Source: Candidatus Undinarchaeota archaeon (GTDB lineage: Archaea > SpSt-1190 > JASMDC01). From it: a DNA stretch of 64,000 nt. The stretch covers positions 1 to 64,000 of the forward strand of contig CAZFHY010000001.1 of assembly GCA_964519305.1 (NCBI GenBank), read 5' to 3'. Shown here piece by piece: positions 57,104-64,000 of the stretch; position 1 is the first letter of the stretch, and the number at the start of each line of letters is the position of its first letter. Under the pieces are notes generated by a model. The model was not told the origin of the DNA. It made no database searches and saw only the letters and a list, made by a program, of their open reading frames with translations. The position numbers were made by a program, and so were the translations under genes.

Positions 57104-58905
57104 TCGAACGGACGATAGCCGTCCTGTTGCTCGCGATCCTCCTTGCAGGCTGTTCATCCACACCTCAGCCACCGGGCGCCGATCCGACCCCCACCGCTAC
57201 CATCGTGCCTTCGCCGACAGAACTCCCCGAGCCCACTCCTGCCCCCAGGGAATGGAAATGCGACGGTCTGGATTCCGCTGTGGACCGTTCCATGTGCATC
57301 ATCGCCATGGCCAGGTCACGGGCCCACACGGGCGGTACATGGGCCGTCGGTCTCTGCGAGTCGCTCACCATCGAACCGTTCCGCAAGGAGTGCGTCGACC
57401 ATGTCCTCCCCGCGACACCGCCCTGGAGCGCACCCGTGCTCGAGCGATTGTGCGCAATTGACATGTCCCGGGAGGGATGCAAGGCTCTGGCCGAGGCCAG
57501 GACGACCGGGAACCCCTCCCGATGCCCTCCACTGGACACGCATATCGGGCGGGGGTGTGTGATGACGGTCGCACGGGAGCTCGCGATGGCGGGCGACCAG
57601 CGGGCGGTCACTGCGTGCACCGTGTTCGAGGACCCGTTCTTCGTCGCCCGGTGCTCACGGGCAGCAGCCCGGGCGGCGGTACCGGACCATCCGGAACTGG
57701 CCCGACAGGTCTGCGGCCCGGTCCTGGATTCGATTTTCCACTTCCACTGCATTCAGGGTGCCGCTCTGCTCGCTGGTTCGACGGATGCTGTACAAGCACT
57801 GTGCGACGATATCAATTTCACGGTCTCGCGGACCAGATGCCTCATCGATGCGCTCGCCCGTACACGGCTGGCCGTTCACACGAACATGAGCATGCCCGTA
57901 TGCCGCTCGTCCCCCGAGTGGGTATCCAAATGCACCGCTGACGTAGCTGCACGAGTGGCCGTGGAGGACCACGGCCCCGTCGCGGACCTGTGCGCCGGGC
58001 TCGAGGATGGCGCGGATTGCGCAGTGGTCGTCGCAAGGGTCGTCGGCCGCACTGACCTGGACGCCGCCATTGCCTTGTGCGATCGCTTCGCCACGGGCAC
58101 GTTCGTCCACGACAGTTGTCTTGCTGCTGCCGTCTCATCGTCCCCCTGCATCGATCCTGCGGCGTGTGCGGACGCGTGCACTGGTGCTTCCACACCGGTC
58201 GAGCGCGACGGTTGCCTGCTATCCATACTGACCCGTATCAGCGCGAACGTATGGCAGGACGTCTGCAAGAGGGCAGGATCAGAGGTCACACTGCAGTTGT
58301 GCGCGGCGGCATCCCGTGCGGTAGAGGGTGACGATGGCGCGGCCACATGCGGCGGCCTGGCGGACCGTAGGGACCGGGAGGCATGCTTCGGGATCATCGT
58401 ACCGGGGCTTGCTCCCGATGCGCTCGCACGATTGGCGGACACCTGTGCTGCAATGGACCCTCCGTTCCCTGCGTGCCTCACGGCCATAGCTACCGAGGGC
58501 GCACGTCGCCATATTCCCGAGCCGGCGGCCCCCTGCCTCTCGCTCCAGGATAATGCTGCCCGGGACACCTGTCTCCTCGAGTCGTTCGCCGAGACCATCG
58601 GTCACGACCACCTTACAGCGCGTGCGATGTGCGACCAGTGCGGGGACGGGCCGGAACGCGATATGTGCATGGCCGCAGCCGTGGCCGCAGACATCGCCCC
58701 CGACGCCCTTCCCGTTGCCCTTGACATCTGTGAAGGCCTCGAGCTATCGGAGGAGACCGACAGCTGCCGGTACGGCGTGGCCCGCGCTCTCGCTGCCAGC
58801 GACCCGGTGATGGCCGCCGAGGTGTGCGAGCACGTCATCGGCGTGTTCTGGCGGGACAGGTGCTCAACGGTAGCCGCGGACCATCGATCGAGTGACTTAG
58901 AATAA
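57100..58905 (+). CDS. Lipoprotein with Cys-paired helical repeats
   Basis: Lipobox LAGC; P/T linker; many C-x(8-10)-RD.C repeats. ATGA overlap. Confidence 0.75.
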   Translation: MIERTIAVLLLAILLAGCSSTPQPPGADPTPTATIVPSPTELPEPTPAPREWKCDGLDSAVDRSMCIIAMARSRAHTGGTWAVGLCESLTIEPFRKECVDHVLPATPPWSAPVLERLCAIDMSREGCKALAEARTTGNPSRCPPLDTHIGRGCVMTVARELAMAGDQRAVTACTVFEDPFFVARCSRAAARAAVPDHPELARQVCGPVLDSIFHFHCIQGAALLAGSTDAVQALCDDINFTVSRTRCLIDALARTRLAVHTNMSMPVCRSSPEWVSKCTADVAARVAVEDHGPVADLCAGLEDGADCAVVVARVVGRTDLDAAIALCDRFATGTFVHDSCLAAAVSSSPCIDPAACADACTGASTPVERDGCLLSILTRISANVWQDVCKRAGSEVTLQLCAAASRAVEGDDGAATCGGLADRRDREACFGIIVPGLAPDALARLADTCAAMDPPFPACLTAIATEGARRHIPEPAAPCLSLQDNAARDTCLLESFAETIGHDHLTARAMCDQCGDGPERDMCMAAAVAADIAPDALPVALDICEGLELSEETDSCRYGVARALAASDPVMAAEVCEHVIGVFWRDRCSTVAADHRSSDLE

Positions 58906-58912
58906 GAGCGGA

Positions 58913-58987
58913 TGGGGCCGCCCGGATTTGAACCGGGGTCGCGGGATCCCAAACCCCGAAGGATGGACCAAACTACCCAACGGCCCC
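58913..58987 (-). tRNA. tRNA-Pro(TGG)
   Basis: GGGGCCG/CGGCCCC acceptor stem; CGGGG-TTTGGGA-TCCCG anticodon arm; GGTTCAAATCC; CCA not encoded. Confidence 0.97.
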
Positions 58988-58993
58988 AATGAT

Positions 58994-59100
58994 TGGTAGC
59001 CCCGCCCGGAATCCCGCGCCCCGTCAAATCTGGCGGGACGGTTCGAACCAGGGTCAGCGGCTCCAAAGGCCGCCATGATTGGCCGCTACACCACGGGGCT
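58994..59100 (-). tRNA. tRNA-Gln(TTG) with a 31-nt intron at position 59/60 (59011-59041); CCA encoded
   Basis: AGCCCCG/CGGGGCT acceptor stem; GCGGC-CTTTGGA-GCCGC anticodon arm; T-loop TTCGAA|intron|T with canonical BHB. Confidence 0.93.
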
Positions 59101-59121
59101 GGCGGAATTGACGTGTGTTGC

Positions 59122-59130
59122 TTATTTAAA
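59122..59130. promoter_or_regulatory. TATA box shared by the tRNA pair and nfeD
   Basis: TTATTTAAA, 22 nt from the tRNA-Gln 5' end and 27 nt from ATG 59157. Confidence 0.6.
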
Positions 59131-59156
59131 GCTTGTTCCATTCACCCAATCCGACC

Positions 59157-59822
59157 ATGGGAAGGAGGCAAATCGTACTTCTTATTTGTATACTACTCGC
59201 TCCCGCCATCGCTGTCGAGTGTTCCATCCTCACAGGACAGAACGCCTGCCGTGATGCGCGGTGCGTGTGGGTGAACAATACCTGCGCTGCGTGCAAAGAC
59301 CTGACCGAGAGCGGGTGCGTCGTGGCCAGTGACGCCTGCGTTTGGGACAAGGGCATGTGCACGGCCCAGCCACCTCTGGACCCGACCCTGACGTGGATTA
59401 TCCTGGGTGCGGTGTTCCTTGTACTTGAGATCTTCACCCCAGGGATATTCTTCATCCTGTTCGGAGTGTCGTCGTTCATCGTGGCGGCAGCCGTGGGTAT
59501 AGGCTTCATCAGCGGCACAGCCCTCGGTATACAGACCCTGGTGTTCCTGCTCACTTCCATCGTGCTCCTCGCTTTCGTGAGACCTATGTTCAACGTCGTT
59601 ACCGTTGACACGGGCGAGCGATTTGGCGTGGAGGCCTTCGTGGGGAAGGTAGGTACCGTCACCGAGGACATCGAGCCCGAGGGTGACAAGGGAAAGGTCA
59701 AAGTGACTGGCGAGGAGTGGAGGGCCGATTCCGATGTGCCCCTGGAGAAGGGAACAAAGGTCGAGGTCATCGAGCTGAAGTCCAACACCCTCATCGTGAA
59801 AGAACATACTAAGGAGGAATGA
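59157..59822 (+). CDS. NfeD-like protein (OB fold) with N-terminal exported Cys-rich module
   Basis: WIILG..FLVLEIFTPG; VGKVGTV; GKVKVTGEEWRADSD; next to an SPFH gene. Confidence 0.88.
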   Translation: MGRRQIVLLICILLAPAIAVECSILTGQNACRDARCVWVNNTCAACKDLTESGCVVASDACVWDKGMCTAQPPLDPTLTWIILGAVFLVLEIFTPGIFFILFGVSSFIVAAAVGIGFISGTALGIQTLVFLLTSIVLLAFVRPMFNVVTVDTGERFGVEAFVGKVGTVTEDIEPEGDKGKVKVTGEEWRADSDVPLEKGTKVEVIELKSNTLIVKEHTKEE

Positions 59823-60730
59823 AAATGGATCCATTAACCGCTATAGTGCTCTTAGTGTTTATCGTTGCCATCATAGGCACGAAGGCCTTGAAGATCGTGA
59901 ACCCGTACGAGAAAGCGCTCATCGAGCGGATGGGCCGGTACCAGCGGACGGCCGAGTCCGGTCTGACGATCATCGTCCCCTTCGTCGACAACATCAAGAA
60001 GGTGGACATGCGCGAGACGGTCGTCGACGTTCCTCCGCAGGACGTCATCACAAAGGACAACGTAGTGGTCACGGTCGACGCGGTCGTCTACTACCAGGTC
60101 ACCGATCCCAAGGCCGTGGTCTACAACGTCGGACAGTTCAACCTCGCCTGCACCAAGCTGGCACAGACCAACCTGAGGAACATCGTCGGTGATCTTGAGC
60201 TGGACCAGACACTGACCAGTCGCGAGCGCATCAACACGAGCCTTCGCGAGATCCTGGACGAGGCCACTGACAAGTGGGGCGTCAAGGTCAACCGCGTGGA
60301 GATCCAGAAGATCGATCCACCCGCTGACGTCACCGAGTCGATGCACAAGCAGATGAAGGCAGAGCGAGAGAAGCGCGCCGCCATCCTTGAGGCCGACGGC
60401 CAGAAGCAGTCCCGCATCCTTGAGGCAGAGGGTCAGAAGGAAGCGCAGATCCGCCGGGCAGAAGGTGAGGCCGAGGCCATCAAGCAGGTGGCCCTCGCCG
60501 AGCGTGACAAGTTCATCTACGAGGCACAAGGTAAGGCACAGGCACTGGCAACGGTGTTCGCCGCCATCAAGCAGTCGCAGGTGGACAAGGACATCCTCTC
60601 GATCCAGTACCTCGATACCCTGCGAACGGCCCTGGCCACGAACTCCAAGTTCGTCGTCATGCCCCTGGAGTTCTCAGAGCTCCTCAAGGGCCTGAAGGGC
60701 ATGGGCGGTACCGGCGAGCTGCTCAAGTAG
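59819..60730 (+). CDS. SPFH/band 7 (QmcA/stomatin-like) protein
   Basis: ERMGRY; PPQDVITKDNV; QTNLRNIVG; LTSRERIN; WGVKVNRVEI; QMKAEREKRA. Confidence 0.95.
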   Translation: MKMDPLTAIVLLVFIVAIIGTKALKIVNPYEKALIERMGRYQRTAESGLTIIVPFVDNIKKVDMRETVVDVPPQDVITKDNVVVTVDAVVYYQVTDPKAVVYNVGQFNLACTKLAQTNLRNIVGDLELDQTLTSRERINTSLREILDEATDKWGVKVNRVEIQKIDPPADVTESMHKQMKAEREKRAAILEADGQKQSRILEAEGQKEAQIRRAEGEAEAIKQVALAERDKFIYEAQGKAQALATVFAAIKQSQVDKDILSIQYLDTLRTALATNSKFVVMPLEFSELLKGLKGMGGTGELLK

Positions 60731-60742
60731 AAGCACGAGCAC

Positions 60743-60768
60743 GCCCCCTCCCCGTTCGGGGAGGGGGC
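60743..60768. terminator. Perfect GC hairpin between convergent genes
   Basis: GCCCCCTCCCC-GTTC-GGGGAGGGGGC. Confidence 0.6.
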
Positions 60769-60794
60769 ACACCCCAATAATTATCCCGCACCGT

Positions 60795-62159
60795 CTACTT
60801 ATTCTCTTTCTCTATTTGTGCGAGCATCGCCCTCAGCTTGGGCGATACCCTGACGCTCTGTCCGCTCTCGAGGACCGTCTTCAGGTCCTTGGCCATGACG
60901 AGCAGCTCACGCTTCAACAAGCGGGGGTCCTTGAACTTCGGCTCCAGCTTGTAGTAATGCTCAGCGGTGCGCTGGACGATGTCCTCCAATAGGCAGAGAT
61001 TGTCCATGTACCCGTTGTATGCCATGAGCTCAGGGTCCATGGCGATGCGCAGCCCGTCGGTGAGGTCGTCCAGGTCCGCGCCGGCTCGTTCCAGTGCCGC
61101 ACGGTCATCCTCCTTCACCGCTTTAGCGATGTTGACGATGATCGTGTCCCGTAGATGTGCGAACTGCATCAGGTTGGTGGGTGCCATCAGATAGTCCAGT
61201 TGTGCGTAATAGGCCCCCAGTGCTATGAGCATGGGTGCTATCATGGACACACGGTCCTGGACCGCCGCCCATTTCGAGGTGGACTCGGCAGTGAGCGGGA
61301 TGAGCACAGCTGTCAGCAGGACGACCACAACGGCGCCGAGCGCACCACCGTCGGCGAGCACGTAGAAGATCTTTCTAGCGTACTTGTACAGGAGCCATGA
61401 CGCAAGGATGCAGACCGCGATGAGTGTGAGGCCGTGGTCGTGAACGGTGATCGGGATCAGGAGCCCGAAGAGGGCGAGTATGTTCCATAAGCCCCGGTAG
61501 ACGATGAACAGGATGAACGAGAGCGTGAGCAGTTCTGCAGGATGATCGTACATGGAGGGGACCGAGGCCTGGAGGACCCATCCCATCGCCAGGAACGCGA
61601 TTATGTAGTACACGCTCACCAGCCAGCCCAGAGTACCCTCAGAAGCCCCCGTTCCCGTGCGGACCTCGACCACGACGGCAAGGACGAGCAGGATGAGCAC
61701 AACGGCAGCTCCGCGTGGATCGAGCAGTGGCGTTTCCCGGGGCACTACCTCGATGGGATAGGCGACCACTTCCTCGGCACATTGATCGGCTTTGACGTAG
61801 TTGGGCCCATCCTCGAACAGCTGTACTCCGTGGTAATGGAGAGGTTTCTTCCCCTGGAATGTGATGCGAAGCACGTGCTGGCCTTCACCCTTTCCCTCGT
61901 GGCACGTAGCGGGTTCGTCCCGCCAGCCACGGAAGTACCGTACCTCATCCTCCGACCACAGGACCTTGTCCGGGAGCTTGTCGGCGGGGAACCAGAGCGT
62001 GATCTCGCCGTAACGCTCCTCTACGTACGCTGTCCGCCCACGGTAGCTGATGATGTTCCATATCCACCCGGACATATCGTCCTTTGGATTGTTGGTGACA
62101 CTGACCTTGCCGGTGAGTAGGTCGAACGCGTCCTTCCCAATTCGTCCGTGTTCACGCAT
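60795..62159 (-). CDS. Hypothetical membrane protein (N-terminal soluble domain, ~6 TMs, helical C-terminus)
   Basis: Full-length paralog of 62175 (VEE.YGE.T.W.P...LP; GV.LFE.G.NY; L.DGLRIA.DP). Confidence 0.8.
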   Translation of the reverse strand: MREHGRIGKDAFDLLTGKVSVTNNPKDDMSGWIWNIISYRGRTAYVEERYGEITLWFPADKLPDKVLWSEDEVRYFRGWRDEPATCHEGKGEGQHVLRITFQGKKPLHYHGVQLFEDGPNYVKADQCAEEVVAYPIEVVPRETPLLDPRGAAVVLILLVLAVVVEVRTGTGASEGTLGWLVSVYYIIAFLAMGWVLQASVPSMYDHPAELLTLSFILFIVYRGLWNILALFGLLIPITVHDHGLTLIAVCILASWLLYKYARKIFYVLADGGALGAVVVVLLTAVLIPLTAESTSKWAAVQDRVSMIAPMLIALGAYYAQLDYLMAPTNLMQFAHLRDTIIVNIAKAVKEDDRAALERAGADLDDLTDGLRIAMDPELMAYNGYMDNLCLLEDIVQRTAEHYYKLEPKFKDPRLLKRELLVMAKDLKTVLESGQSVRVSPKLRAMLAQIEKENK

Positions 62160-62174
62160 AGCAACGTCCTCCCA

Positions 62175-63587
62175 TCAGTCCTCTTCCACGACCTCATGCT
62201 CCACCAGACCACGCAGGATCGGGGACACCCGGATGCACATACCACGCTCCAGTGCGTACCTCAGGTCGTGGGTCATGATCTGGATCTCGCGCGCGAGGTC
62301 CGCTGGATCGTCGAAATCCCGCTCGAGCCGGTCGTAATTCTCGGCCGCACCCTTCACGACGCTCTCGAGCAGTCGTAGGTTGTCCAAATAGTTCCGGAAT
62401 GCGGCCAGGTTGGGGTCCTTTGCGATCCGCAGACCGTCTGCCAGATCGTTGAGCTCCTCACCAGCCTCCCGCAGCGCCTCCCGGTCACCGGACCTTACCG
62501 TTCGGTCCATGAGCGTCGCGATCTCGTCGCGGAGCCGGAAGAACTGCTTCTCCGTGTCAGGTGCATTGCGGTAGTCCTTCCATTTGTAATAAGCACCGGC
62601 GACGATGAGGAAGGGCGCGAGCATGGATATGGTGTTAAGCGCCTCATGCCACCATTCGATGTCCTCCTCGATACCCATGTTCCAGATGAAGGCGAGTATC
62701 ATGATGAACAGCGCCCCTGCAGAACCGCCGTCGGTTAGCATGTAGAAGCGCTTTCGGATCATGCGGAACATGAGGAAGGAGAGCACGATCGATGCTGCGA
62801 TGAGCGTGAAGCCGTAGTGCTCGATGGGTAACAGGAACTCCTTACCGAACAAGTAGAAGATGTTCTCAACACCCTTGAAACCTATATAGAGCACGAACGA
62901 GCAGGCAAGTATCTCTGCGGGGATGTCGTAGTCAGTGGGCGTGCCTGCGACGAGCACGAATCCCATGGACACGAAACACATCATGTACCACAAGGCCACC
63001 AGCACCTGGGTCCATCCGGGAAGCGCCCCCGCTCCCGCCTCCAGTTCGAGCCAGAGCGCAACAACGGCGATGCCAAGGATCATTAGAGCGCCCCATGTCC
63101 CCACGAGCGCTTCCTTCCTGGCCAGCACTTCGATGTTGTAGTGGTCCAGGTCCTCGGCGCGGGCGTGGGCGGTGGCGTAGTTCTCCCCGTGCTCGAACAG
63201 CATCACGCCTGTGAAGAAGAGTGGCCTGCGGTCAGGGAACACGATGCGGAGCACGTCCTCGCCGTCCGCCTCGCCCTCCGAGCAGGAGGCAGTACCGTCC
63301 CCCTCCTCGCTCGTCCTCACCTTCCGGGGGTCCCAGAGCACCTCAAGACGGCCTGAAAAGTCTCGCACCGCCTCCTCGTGCCATGAGACATCGGCGGGCA
63401 GTCGTTCGACCGGGGTCCAGACGGTGAGCTCGCCGCCGTACTCCTCGACGAAGACCGTCTTCCGGTCCCACTCGATAGTGTCCCAGCTCCAGCTCTCCTG
63501 GTCCTCTCCTTCCCCCTCGGTCAGTTTGATGATGCCCTCGGGGACGGTGGTGTACCGTTTCCGATTGATCTGGGCCTGTTCTTTCAC
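62175..63587 (-). CDS. Hypothetical membrane protein, paralog of 60795
   Basis: Same architecture; GTGA overlap with the udp stop. Confidence 0.8.
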   Translation of the reverse strand: MKEQAQINRKRYTTVPEGIIKLTEGEGEDQESWSWDTIEWDRKTVFVEEYGGELTVWTPVERLPADVSWHEEAVRDFSGRLEVLWDPRKVRTSEEGDGTASCSEGEADGEDVLRIVFPDRRPLFFTGVMLFEHGENYATAHARAEDLDHYNIEVLARKEALVGTWGALMILGIAVVALWLELEAGAGALPGWTQVLVALWYMMCFVSMGFVLVAGTPTDYDIPAEILACSFVLYIGFKGVENIFYLFGKEFLLPIEHYGFTLIAASIVLSFLMFRMIRKRFYMLTDGGSAGALFIMILAFIWNMGIEEDIEWWHEALNTISMLAPFLIVAGAYYKWKDYRNAPDTEKQFFRLRDEIATLMDRTVRSGDREALREAGEELNDLADGLRIAKDPNLAAFRNYLDNLRLLESVVKGAAENYDRLERDFDDPADLAREIQIMTHDLRYALERGMCIRVSPILRGLVEHEVVEED

Positions 63588-64000
63588 TTCCTAAGCCCCG
63601 GGTACCAGTACCTCTTCCCGCTGTTCTCCTTCTCCTCGTCCATCTCCTTGAGGATGCGCACGGCCTCCACGGCCACCTTCGCGCATTCCTTCTCGCCCGT
63701 GACCTTCAGCTCGTCACGGGGACGGTTGGCGAACACCGTGCACACGCAGCCCGCACGCAGCCCGAAAAGACTGGTGAGGGTGTAGAGCGCGGCGGCCTCC
63801 ATCTCGAAGTTGAGCACGCGGGCCTTCTGGAGGTCGACGACGAGGTTGTCCATCCAGCCCTGCCAGAACCCGTTGAACCCAGGCCTACCCTGGCCGCAGT
63901 AGAAGGTGTTGGTGGATGCCGTGATCCCTACATGATAAGGTATGTTCAGGCATTCTGCTGCCTGGATGAGGGCCAGAGTTACCTCGTACGAACCGACGGC
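63584..64000 (-). CDS. udp: Uridine phosphorylase (PNP/UDP family), 3' part
   Basis: Frame open to the edge: YHVGITASTNTFYCGQGRPG...VLNFEMEAAALYTL...RAGCVCTVFANR. Confidence 0.88.
   Translation of the reverse strand, partial: AVGSYEVTLALIQAAECLNIPYHVGITASTNTFYCGQGRPGFNGFWQGWMDNLVVDLQKARVLNFEMEAAALYTLTSLFGLRAGCVCTVFANRPRDELKVTGEKECAKVAVEAVRILKEMDEEKENSGKRYWYPGLRK

Noticed and set aside
58913-59100. tRNA-anchored integrated element
   Set aside because: No integrase and no duplicated tRNA 3' end was noticed in the window.

Overview
GC-rich archaeal DNA, judged by TATA-type and often leaderless promoters, a tRNA intron with a bulge-helix-bulge motif, and RbkR, Mtd, Ftr and CetZ-like genes. About 46 kb (2.7-48.9 kb) is a cell-surface locus. 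It has three ~600-aa proteins with class III (type IV pilin-like) signal peptides and two paralogous ~920-aa Ig-like/Cys-rich exported proteins. It also has three tandem 2100-2600-aa Cys-rich secreted paralogs with Kazal modules, one of which contains an internal copy of the pilin-like domain. A Tad/VirB11-type ATPase fused to a multi-[4Fe-4S] ferredoxin, followed by TadB/TadC-like genes, is transcribed head-to-head with an operon of two membrane-anchored surface proteins, a degenerate tubulin-fold protein and a CetZ-like GTPase. Inside the locus are rbkR/mtd/ftr and an array of three homologous 25-35 aa hydrophobic micro-ORFs, each with its own promoter, that the ORF track misses. The right part has macro domain, flavodoxin and GDPD genes, a candidate box C/D sRNA, an RHH regulator, a NapG/NapH/DUF362 Fe-S cluster, tRNA-Pro, tRNA-Gln with a 59/60 intron, nfeD-SPFH, two paralogous membrane proteins and a partial udp. 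No CRISPR array, rRNA gene or transposase was seen. All family calls come from motifs read by eye; no database searches were run.
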